A DNA stretch of 64,000 nucleotides from Candidatus Poribacteria bacterium (GTDB lineage: Bacteria; Poribacteria; WGA-4E; WGA-3G): NCBI GenBank assembly GCA_965198235.1, contig OZ240248.1, positions 5,024,001 through 5,088,000 of the forward strand, in the 5' to 3' direction. Positions 29,573-38,287 of this stretch are shown in pieces. Within the stretch, counting starts at the first letter, position 1. Every line of letters begins with the position of its first letter. A program made the position numbers and the translations under genes. The notes beneath the pieces are model-generated. The model was not told the origin of the DNA, ran no database searches, and saw only the letters and a program-made list of their open reading frames with translations.

Positions 29573-30631
29573 CTATTTTTTACGAAAAACTTGGAATACC
29601 TTTATGTTATTCGCTTCGGCATCACTCACAAAGACACGTCCGGTCTTTGAGACTGCGATGCCAGCTGGCTCTAAAAGCGCGGCGGCACTGAATTCTGTGA
29701 TGCTTCTACCACCAGGTGCAAAAACTTGAATACGCCGGTTGCCGCTGTCCGTTACATAGAGATAATTCCATTCGTCTAAGGCGATACACTTCGGTTCCCG
29801 CAGTTGTCCAAGTGCGTCGCCTTCGCCACCCCACATGTCAATAGGGTTACCACTGAAGTCGTATTTTTTTATGAGATGATTGCCAGTATCAATGACGTAA
29901 ACATTACCGTGAGCATCAACATCCAGATCTGTCGGGTTCCAGAGTTGTTCACTGCCATTCCCGAAGCTTCCTCGTGCGACAACGGGAACGCCTGCGACAT
30001 TGAATTCAATCCAGCGGTGATTGCCAGTATCAACGACATAAACCTCACCATTCCGTCCGATACCGATACCTTCGGGGCGGTCAAGCAGAACATCATCTAC
30101 ACTCTCACTGAGTGGATAAAAAATCCGGTCGACGAAATTACAGTATTGCACCCGATTGTTACCCGTGTCTGCTACATAGAGGCGGTAACTTCTTTGAAAA
30201 CTCAAGGCTATATCTGTAGGGTGATCGAACTCCCCTGTCTGCCATCCACGACTTCCGAATTCTATGATGAAATGCCCGGCATCGTCAATCACTTGCACCC
30301 GATTGTTACCCGCATCGGCGATGTAGATTCTGTCTTCTTCATCTATGGCAAGCCCTAACGGTGTCCGAAATTCGCCCGCTCCTTGCCCGGTCCTACCGAG
30401 CGTTTCGATGTAACGAATACCCAATATAGGGGGTGCCTGCCGTTCACGGTTCGAGGGGAGGATTTCAACCGGGGTTTTTGATAGGGGTTTTTGATAGAGG
30501 TTTTTGATAGGGTGTTTCCTCTGCGGATTTCCCCGTGCAACTTCGCCTTCGGGTAGGGTGCAACTCAAACAGAGCACAAGGAGGAGGGAACCGAGACCTC
30601 TAAGGATTTTTAATTTATTGCTCATGGTCAC
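29573..30631 (-). CDS. NHL-repeat beta-propeller, probable lipoprotein
   Basis: Repeated YVADTGNNRVQ-type motifs; lipobox-like LSC. Confidence 0.88.
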   Translation of the reverse strand: MTMSNKLKILRGLGSLLLVLCLSCTLPEGEVARGNPQRKHPIKNLYQKPLSKTPVEILPSNRERQAPPILGIRYIETLGRTGQGAGEFRTPLGLAIDEEDRIYIADAGNNRVQVIDDAGHFIIEFGSRGWQTGEFDHPTDIALSFQRSYRLYVADTGNNRVQYCNFVDRIFYPLSESVDDVLLDRPEGIGIGRNGEVYVVDTGNHRWIEFNVAGVPVVARGSFGNGSEQLWNPTDLDVDAHGNVYVIDTGNHLIKKYDFSGNPIDMWGGEGDALGQLREPKCIALDEWNYLYVTDSGNRRIQVFAPGGRSITEFSAAALLEPAGIAVSKTGRVFVSDAEANNIKVFQVFRKK

Positions 30632-30632
30632 T

Positions 30633-30796
30633 GCTCCAAATGTAAAGCATTCTCACTGCGAAGCAAAATTATGCCATTTAAGGCATAATTTCATTCCGCA
30701 ACGGTTTTTGGGGCACTCCAACCTGCTCCAGGTGCTCAAAGGGTTCTGACTTCACCAAACACCATCGTGAAACGAAGTGGAACGATGCTCAGAGGC
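30633..30796. repeat. Composite intergenic repeat (MITE-like) family member
   Basis: Shares GCTCCAAATGTAAAGCA, CATTCCGCAACGGTTTT and CACCATCGTGAAACGAAGTGGAACGATGCTCAGAGG with 35152-35333. Related blocks at 32766-32935, 34325-34415, 44131-44220 and 45918-46097. Confidence 0.75.
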
Positions 30797-30814
30797 ACAT
30801 AATTAAAAATATGT

Positions 30815-31531
30815 TTAGCCTCGTTGCACTTTAAACTTGAAAACGAAAGTTGTTTGTTGTTCATTGAAATCACTTGTGACTCTCGGTACAATGATTCGCA
30901 AGCTGCTATATTTAATGCTTCGCTTACGGAAATAGAGGAAGAATCTCGCGTGTTGTCCGGGCATCACGGTTGTTTTCTCAAGGTCTGCTCTGGGGAGTAC
31001 TGCTGGATCGCCTTGTATTCTAATCGCCTTATCCCATCGGAACACTTCCGCACCGAATTCGGGTGGCAACTTCGGTCTGAAGTTCTTTTTTAGGTAAAAG
31101 GATTCCTGTGATTTATCAATTGGCTTCGTAACGCTTCCCGTGCCATCAAGCATCTGGCAATCCTTCTTTTTGAAGGATATCCAGTGGTCGGTTCCATTGA
31201 AGATAAAGATGCCGAACGCATCAACCACCTTCACATCGTTTAGTGGCACTGCCATTGCTTTCACGCCGTTTTTGACATAACCAACAGTACCCGTCTGCGG
31301 CATGATATGAGCATCCGGGTCGAACACAGGGACAATCATCTCTGGCTGGAAGGTATCTTTGAGGAAATCTGGGACCTCTGGGACCTTCAAGCAGTTCAGC
31401 GGGATTAGTGCTAAACAGAGCACCGCTAAAATCTCTAAGACATGCACTCGAAGCAGGTCTACGATCTTCGCGTTCCTTCGGTTTTCGGATTGAGTGTTTA
31501 AAGTTCGCAACAGACCTATCTTATTTTTCAT
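30815..31531 (-). CDS. Hypothetical protein, possible lipoprotein
   Basis: Long ORF; hydrophobic stretch ending in LNC. Confidence 0.65.
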   Translation of the reverse strand: MKNKIGLLRTLNTQSENRRNAKIVDLLRVHVLEILAVLCLALIPLNCLKVPEVPDFLKDTFQPEMIVPVFDPDAHIMPQTGTVGYVKNGVKAMAVPLNDVKVVDAFGIFIFNGTDHWISFKKKDCQMLDGTGSVTKPIDKSQESFYLKKNFRPKLPPEFGAEVFRWDKAIRIQGDPAVLPRADLEKTTVMPGQHARFFLYFRKRSIKYSSLRIIVPRVTSDFNEQQTTFVFKFKVQRG

Positions 31532-31601
31532 TTGTGATCTCCATAGTTACAAATTTTTCCGTGGCATGTTGTAGGAGGGGTTTATAACCCCGAATTCCTT
31601 G

Positions 31602-32747
31602 CTACAATGCCGGTTTTTTACCTTTAAGGGCGAGCATCGCAGCACCCACAATGCCTGCATCGTTTCCGAGGTGTGCCTTTATGATCTTCATCCGCGCTGG
31701 AATATCCATAGCACGTTTGGAAAGTTCAGCCCGGATGGGCTCAAAGAGAAGTTTTTCACCAGCTTCCGCTATACCACCCCCGATGATTGCAATTTGTGGG
31801 TTGAGAATATGCGCTATTGAGGTGAGGGCAACGCCTATATATCGTCCTGTTTCAGCAAAAACCTCCATTGCGACTCTGTCACCCGCCTGTGCCGCCTCCG
31901 CTATTTGCCGTGGTGTTAGTGCTATTCCATTCTTCATTGCTTTCGCTAAAATCGTAGACCGTCCTGTTTCTATTTTCTCCTGCGTCCGTTCAACGATGTT
32001 TTTCGCGCCAGCATAAGCCTCAAGACAACCTTGATTACCGCACCCACAGTAACGCCCGTTGGGTTCAACGACAGTATGCCCAAGTTCGCCTGCAGTATTT
32101 TGACTTCCATGGTAAACTTGCCCGTCGATCACGACTCCTCCACCTACGCCTGTGCCGAGCGTTAATGCGACGATGTTTTTGTATCCAACACCGGCACCGT
32201 GACGAAGTTCACCCAGTGTCATCGCATTCACATCGTTGTCCATGCCCCTTAATATAAGTTTGTACTTCCTGCGCAAGCCTATAGAGGCTTGCGGGACAAT
32301 ACTATGAGTTTGTGAGTTATCATTTGCGGCTGTCTTCGGAAGGTGTAACTTCGCCAATTCAGCATTCACATAACCGACAAGTGGGATGTCACTCCAACCG
32401 GGGAAATTAGGTGAGAAGTGGACAACTCCTGTTTCAGCAATGATAAGTCCAGGTGCCCCCAGTCCAATCCAAATCTCGCTTGTATCATCGTGATTTTCAG
32501 ATTCTTTCGCGCTGCTTAAAGGACGTTGTGGTGCTTTGCCTAATTTTGATATGACTTGTGCATCCGCAGTTTCTGCTTTCACAAGAACTTGATGAACGGC
32601 TTCCGCAATTCGAGCTGCTACTACTTTGGGACCTCCTACTTCAACATCTGTAGGGAGCACGACACGGCAAGAAACATCGCCTACTGATGAAACTAACCCA
32701 GCCTTGATATCCGTTCCGCCAAGATCGACGCCAATACTATATTCCAT
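31602..32747 (-). CDS. ROK-family sugar kinase (glucokinase-like) with two insertions
   Basis: GVDLGGT, DNDVN, LGTGVGGG, GELGH, CGCGNQGCLE motifs. Confidence 0.93.
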   Translation of the reverse strand: MEYSIGVDLGGTDIKAGLVSSVGDVSCRVVLPTDVEVGGPKVVAARIAEAVHQVLVKAETADAQVISKLGKAPQRPLSSAKESENHDDTSEIWIGLGAPGLIIAETGVVHFSPNFPGWSDIPLVGYVNAELAKLHLPKTAANDNSQTHSIVPQASIGLRRKYKLILRGMDNDVNAMTLGELRHGAGVGYKNIVALTLGTGVGGGVVIDGQVYHGSQNTAGELGHTVVEPNGRYCGCGNQGCLEAYAGAKNIVERTQEKIETGRSTILAKAMKNGIALTPRQIAEAAQAGDRVAMEVFAETGRYIGVALTSIAHILNPQIAIIGGGIAEAGEKLLFEPIRAELSKRAMDIPARMKIIKAHLGNDAGIVGAAMLALKGKKPAL

Positions 32748-32945
32748 TTTTTTATTTTAATTTATCATGCTCCATTACATTCCGCAGTGGTTTCTGGTTA
32801 ATTCCAACGCAATTAAGGATATGTACGTTTGTAGGAGCGAACTCCAACTCGCGAGTTCCTTAAAAGCGTACGCAGCACCCGTCGCGTCGGTATTGACCAA
32901 ACACCATCGTGGAATGTAATGGAACGATGCCCAGGAACTTAATAA

Positions 32946-34250
32946 TTAAAAAAAGAAAACTTGTGCGCCGTCACTGACATTACAGAGATAAATTTCAGGT
33001 TCAATACCGGTGTGTTTGTGGTACTCCGTCGTCACGAGCGTTTGGAACGTTTCTAAAACGTTTCTATGAACGATGTTAACTGTGCATCCACCAAAACCCG
33101 CACCCGTCATTCGGCTCCCAATTACGCCTGTGATGCTACGGGCAATGTCGGTAAGCCAATCTAACTCACTACAACTGACTTCGTAATCATCTCGAAGCCC
33201 GTCGTGCGACGCGTTCATGAGTCTACCGAATTGTATCAGCGATTCGTTTGTCTCTTCTACCGTTTGTAGGTGTCGCGTCTTAAGCACAGCAACCGCATCT
33301 AATACACGGGTATTTTCCTCAATCACATATCGACACCTTTTTTGTGTTAACGCAGGAAGTTCTTCTTCATATTTTTTGAAATCTGTTAGCGTAATGTCCC
33401 GAAGTGAAGAGATGTCGGGGAACCATTGTTTAAGGATAGCAACCCCTCTTTCACATTCCGCGCGGCGTTTATTGTATTCAGAAGCGGCAAGTTCGCGTTT
33501 TACCTTCGTATTACAAATAGCAATACAATGCGTTGCCAAGTTGAGTGGGACATGTTCGTGTTCAAGCGAGCGGCAGTCCAGAAACAGTGCTTGATTTTCC
33601 TGTCCCATCAACGAGATCGTCTGGTCCATGATACCACACTTAACACCAACAAATTTGTGTTCTACCTGTTGGCACAACGCCGCGATTTCTTTGTTGTTAA
33701 TTTCTAATTGTGGCGCGCTTTCGGGTGTTCCGGACACAGAACTGGCGGTTAAAAAAGTAAGCGCGGTCGAGACTGAAAGTGCCGCTGAAGAACTCAGACC
33801 GGCACCAATCGGCACATCACCTGTGATGACAGCATCTATTCCTGATACTTTTTTGCCTGATGTTTGTAGGAGGGACGCAACCCCGATGAGATAATGGCTC
33901 CATGCTGGAGCGTGATGTTGAATAGAAGGAAGCGTATCCAGACGGAATTCGTAAGAGTCGTTAACATCTAAAGCATGTAACCTGACACGTCCATCAGGTC
34001 TCTTCCGAGCAGCGATGTTGAGATATTTATCAATCGCCACTGGAAACACATAACCGTCGTTGTAATCTGTATGTTCGCCGATGAGGTTCACTCTGCCGGG
34101 GGCGGATACAACAAATGCGGATGTGCTACCGAAGATTTCTTTAAATTTCTGGTTGGTGAAGGAAACGCGCTTAGATCTGCTTTCAGAGACACCTATATTG
34201 TTCGGATCGTCGCGCAAAATGTTTTTTTTCATATTTCTAACTATGGCCAA
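32946..34250 (-). CDS. galK: Galactokinase (exact start uncertain)
   Basis: APGRVNLIGEHTDYN, PIGAGLSSSAA, CGIMDQ, MTGAGFGGC motifs. Confidence 0.95.
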   Translation of the reverse strand: MAIVRNMKKNILRDDPNNIGVSESRSKRVSFTNQKFKEIFGSTSAFVVSAPGRVNLIGEHTDYNDGYVFPVAIDKYLNIAARKRPDGRVRLHALDVNDSYEFRLDTLPSIQHHAPAWSHYLIGVASLLQTSGKKVSGIDAVITGDVPIGAGLSSSAALSVSTALTFLTASSVSGTPESAPQLEINNKEIAALCQQVEHKFVGVKCGIMDQTISLMGQENQALFLDCRSLEHEHVPLNLATHCIAICNTKVKRELAASEYNKRRAECERGVAILKQWFPDISSLRDITLTDFKKYEEELPALTQKRCRYVIEENTRVLDAVAVLKTRHLQTVEETNESLIQFGRLMNASHDGLRDDYEVSCSELDWLTDIARSITGVIGSRMTGAGFGGCTVNIVHRNVLETFQTLVTTEYHKHTGIEPEIYLCNVSDGAQVFFF

Positions 34251-34419
34251 ATGCCCATCGTTCCTCTACAGAGATTTCACCCCTACCGGGTTAGAACCCT
34301 TCTTACAGTTCAGTCCCGTTTGAAATTGACCAGAAACCTGCCCGAAATGTAATGGAGGGCAGCGCGAAGGCCAATTATTTAAAAACCTGAAACGTAGTGG
34401 TAGACAGCGCGAAGGCTCA

Positions 34420-35139
34420 TCATTTAAAGAATTTCAGAAATAATCCCAACGTACTTGGCAGTTCCTCACGAGGGATATAACAATCAACACTTAGGTCAGG
34501 TTCAACGTCTTTTTCCGATAGTGATGGCTGTGTCAGAAGTTGTTCTTCTGGGGCATGCAGCGCGGGTTGTAAATTCGGTGATGCTGGTTTTTTAGCAGGG
34601 GCTGTACCTTCCGCGATAACCAGTTCGCCGACAGGGAGATACGTCGCCAGTGGATATACTTCCGTTTCAGTTAAAACAGTGATATGAGGAAGTGGTGTAT
34701 CTGCTAATCGCTCCATCTGCATCGTTAAGTAGGTGGTTTCTGCCAAAGCTGCTCGCGGTCCGTCCGGTTGGCACGCGACGATCGTAATCAATGGAATCTG
34801 TTTTTGTAAGGCACTTTCAATCGCTGTGAGAAAAAAGGATGCATTGAGCTCTGCAGGGATTACATCTATATCTGCGATGAACAGACAGGCTGGGTGCCCT
34901 GAAAGCATTCCTTCAGCAATAAGTCCGGATTCCTTAGTGGATCTGGTTTCTGTTGTTGGCAAGTCATCGAGTAAATATTCAAGCCGTTTTTCAGCGAGGA
35001 GCGGGAACAGCGCACCGCAATATGAGCAGATATAAAGGTTCCGTTCAAGTTCGTTTTTGAAAGCGAACTCTTGGCACCCGGTGCATTTGTGCCATAGACT
35101 GGTGTTTTCTTCAAGGTCTTTGGAGATATGCGTTTCCAT
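34420..35139 (-). CDS. AccD-like protein (zinc ribbon plus degenerate carboxyltransferase domain)
   Basis: LWHKCTGC...NLYICSYC zinc ribbon; GGSMG/SGGARMQE motifs absent. Confidence 0.65.
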   Translation of the reverse strand: METHISKDLEENTSLWHKCTGCQEFAFKNELERNLYICSYCGALFPLLAEKRLEYLLDDLPTTETRSTKESGLIAEGMLSGHPACLFIADIDVIPAELNASFFLTAIESALQKQIPLITIVACQPDGPRAALAETTYLTMQMERLADTPLPHITVLTETEVYPLATYLPVGELVIAEGTAPAKKPASPNLQPALHAPEEQLLTQPSLSEKDVEPDLSVDCYIPREELPSTLGLFLKFFK

Positions 35140-35355
35140 TTTTTTAACGTTTTTCTAACTATGGGAATCTGGGCGTTGCTCCAAATGTAAAGCAAAGACA
35201 AATTATGCCATTTAAGGAAACCTAATTTCATTCCGCAACGGTTTTCATCTAAGTTATAAGCCTGTCTTAGGTTTCAAAAGGTTTTTAACTTAACCAGACA
35301 CCATCGTGAAACGAAGTGGAACGATGCTCAGAGGTCCAATAAATTAAAAAACAGT

Positions 35356-35721
35356 TCAAGTCCGTATGATTCCAGCTATCGCTTCTGCTTCCGTATCATA
35401 GCAGTCAAAAATTGTCATCAATTTTGCCATGACGATAAGACTTCTGACGTTGCCACCGAGGTTCAAGAGGACTATGTTCCCTTCGTTGCGTCGGATGGTG
35501 GTATGAGAGGCGACAAGCACTCCTAAGCCGGAACTATCCATCATCTGGACCCGTTCCATGTTTAAAATTATGTTGAATTTTTCCCCAGGCTCCCCTTCGC
35601 TATCAGCTACTTGAATCTGTTGATGAATGATGTCTTTGAGAGCTAAGACATCTACTCCAATAACTTTCCCCTCAATATCTAAAATTGTAATGCTACCTTT
35701 GTGTCGAAGGTTGACTTGCAT
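35356..35721 (-). CDS. STAS-domain anti-sigma factor antagonist
   Basis: MDSSGLGVL motif. Confidence 0.9.
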   Translation of the reverse strand: MQVNLRHKGSITILDIEGKVIGVDVLALKDIIHQQIQVADSEGEPGEKFNIILNMERVQMMDSSGLGVLVASHTTIRRNEGNIVLLNLGGNVRSLIVMAKLMTIFDCYDTEAEAIAGIIRT

Positions 35722-35972
35722 AGAAATACCTTAAAAGTTTAAATTACTCCCAACCCTGAGAGGACAATTCCGGTTCTCGGTTCCCTGGATATTCCTCTAT
35801 AAAGAGGGTTCAATGCTTTCCCACATTGTGCTACTGAAGGACAATTTATAGATTCTTAACGCTTGAGCCCTATGTGGGAAAAGGCTTAGATATAGTGATA
35901 AGAGGCATCTTACGCCTCTTTACTCGTTTGGTTAGAGTCGCGAAATCCACGTAAATCCGAGCGTAGATGTGA

Positions 35973-36716
35973 CTATGGTTCTGGAATCCCCTTATATTTG
36001 ACCATTTTGATGATAGTCCCGTTATTTTCGTAAGTTACAGAGTCCATGCAGGCTTCCATCAAAAATAGTCCTCTACCACTGCTTTTGAGCAAGTTTTCCG
36101 GGTCGAGGGGATCGGCGACTTCCTTGCGTGTGAATCCATCGCCTTCGTCCTCGATGACGATCTCAAGTTTACCCTCGGCAAGAGTGAATTCGATGGTCGC
36201 TTTTTTAATTGGATTTTCTTTATTGCCGTGTTTGATCGCGTTTGTACCCGCTTCAATGACAGCAAGGTTAATCTGTTCTTGGATGTCCTCTGTGAAATCT
36301 GTCTCTTTCAGAATCTCGGTGACAACAACGTCGAGTAGGTAAACATGTTGCATTGAACTTGGGAGAGAAAGTCTAATAATTCGTTCAGTTCCAGTTTCTT
36401 TGCGCGTAGACTCCTCACCCTCGTCCTCAGTGGCAATGGTTAATCGGTTTTCAGCAAAAATCAGCTGAAAAGTCGTTTGTTCTTCCGGATCCTCTTTATT
36501 GCTGTGCTTGGTCGCGTTTGTACCCGCTTCAATGACAGCAAGGTTAATCTGCTCTTGGATGTCCTCTGTGAAATCTGCCTCTTTCAGAATCTCGGTGACA
36601 ATGACTTTGAGTAGATCAACATGTTGCATTGAACTTGGGAGAGAAATCGTAATAACCTGTTCAGTTCTCTCGCCCACGTTTGAAGCTCCTTCTCTGCACA
36701 CTTGGGTGTTTTCCAA
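35973..36716 (-). CDS. RsbW/SpoIIAB-like anti-sigma kinase with N-terminal partial duplication
   Basis: EAGTNAIKHG, DEGDGF and GRGLFLM motifs; duplicated segment. Confidence 0.88.
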   Translation of the reverse strand: MENTQVCREGASNVGERTEQVITISLPSSMQHVDLLKVIVTEILKEADFTEDIQEQINLAVIEAGTNATKHSNKEDPEEQTTFQLIFAENRLTIATEDEGEESTRKETGTERIIRLSLPSSMQHVYLLDVVVTEILKETDFTEDIQEQINLAVIEAGTNAIKHGNKENPIKKATIEFTLAEGKLEIVIEDEGDGFTRKEVADPLDPENLLKSSGRGLFLMEACMDSVTYENNGTIIKMVKYKGIPEP

Positions 36717-37012
36717 GGGCAGCTACAAGGCAGGGCTTGAAAATAGTCCTACCTTAGTGGCTATCGGCTTTCAGCCTTCGGCTATCAGCGGGTCCGCTGA
36801 CGGCTGATTGCTGGCGGCTGACTGTACTTTTTAGCATGTTTTGGTATCATTAAGATTTATTATACCATAGTTTTTCCTGAAAAAACTTGCCAAAAATGTT
36901 AAGATATTCTACAGTAAGTGTAACAAACTTGTGATGGGATGCGTGCATGGTTTCCGCATCCAAGTAACTCTGAAACGGGTTCGGCTATGGCTATAGCCGA
37001 ACCCCTCCTAAT

Positions 37013-38287
37013 TTAAATATTTCGCTTGACAATAATTAATGCTCTGTCGTCATGGGGATTTGTGCTTCCACTAAACAGTGTTAGATCGTTAACAACCACC
37101 TCACATAACGCTGATGCTGACAATCCCGTGTTTTTGGAAATACAGGCGGCAAGCCTATCTCCACCGTAGAAGCTATCCATTGGTATTGTATTTCGGAGCA
37201 CGTCCGCATCCACTGCACTCGTAGAGGCTTTCTGGTTTTTACTGAAAACTGACTGGCGCAAGCCTATAGAGGCTTGCGGGACAATGTTTCCAGTTTCCGT
37301 TTCGGTAATACCATCCGTATAGAAAACAAGAATATCGCCGGGAGACAAAGAACAGATGGCACTTGAAAACGTCGCTTCCTCAAATGCGCCTATCAACATG
37401 CCTTCTGTTTTTAAGACCCCCATCTCGCTGGTATTCTTCCAGTGGAATGGATAACAGTGCCCTCCATTTGAATACGTGAAGGTCGAATTCGCTATGTCCA
37501 ATATACCGTAAACCATTGTTGCGAACAAATCTGCTTCGGTGTCACGGACCACTAAATCATTAATCCGTTTGAGGATTGACGCAGGGGTGTCTTCCTCATG
37601 GCAGAGTAAGCGGAGTGCAGTTCGAACCATCACCATCAACAGTGCCGCAGGAATACCGTTGCCCTTTACATCACCGAGAACGAGTCCGACCTGTGTTTCA
37701 TTCAACGGGATGAAATCATAGAAATCACCAGAGACGGACGTTGAACTTTGGAGCAGAGTTGCGATGTCAAAACCTTCAAGATTTGGTGCTTGTTCAGGTA
37801 ATAATTTTTTTTGAATAGCGGCGGCGGCTTGAAGATGTCCAGCGAGTTGTTGCAACCCTTCTTCGCTGAACTTGTCTCCCATCGCATGCATTAACGGGTT
37901 GATATATTTGATGGGACGAGTTCTACCTAAAACAGCTTCAACCCGCGCGGTTAACTCGCGTAGGTCAAACGGTTTCGTGATATAATCGTCTGCGCCGGTA
38001 TCCAAACCGAGGACTTTATCTTCTGTCTGTCCACGGGCAGTCACTAAAATGACCGGAACGTTTTTTGTATCTTCTATATTTTTTAGTTCTTCAATGACCT
38101 CGAAGCCGTTTTTATGTGGCATCATCACATCGAGAAGAATAAGATCCGGGGGGTTCGCACATGCGCTCTGCACTGCACTCTCACCATCGTTTGCTGTTCG
38201 TACGTTGTAGCCCTCCGGTTCAAGGCTCATTTTTAGCAATTCAAGGATGTCAAGATCGTCATCAACAATTAAAATCGTTTCAGCCAT
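37013..38287 (-). CDS. Response regulator receiver-PP2C (SpoIIE/RsbU-like) phosphatase
   Basis: ILIVDDD, LLDVMMP, KPF (receiver); SGDFYD, GDVKG, YTDGITE, DDRA (PP2C). Start taken at ATG 38287. Confidence 0.92.
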   Translation of the reverse strand: MAETILIVDDDLDILELLKMSLEPEGYNVRTANDGESAVQSACANPPDLILLDVMMPHKNGFEVIEELKNIEDTKNVPVILVTARGQTEDKVLGLDTGADDYITKPFDLRELTARVEAVLGRTRPIKYINPLMHAMGDKFSEEGLQQLAGHLQAAAAIQKKLLPEQAPNLEGFDIATLLQSSTSVSGDFYDFIPLNETQVGLVLGDVKGNGIPAALLMVMVRTALRLLCHEEDTPASILKRINDLVVRDTEADLFATMVYGILDIANSTFTYSNGGHCYPFHWKNTSEMGVLKTEGMLIGAFEEATFSSAICSLSPGDILVFYTDGITETETGNIVPQASIGLRQSVFSKNQKASTSAVDADVLRNTIPMDSFYGGDRLAACISKNTGLSASALCEVVVNDLTLFSGSTNPHDDRALIIVKRNI

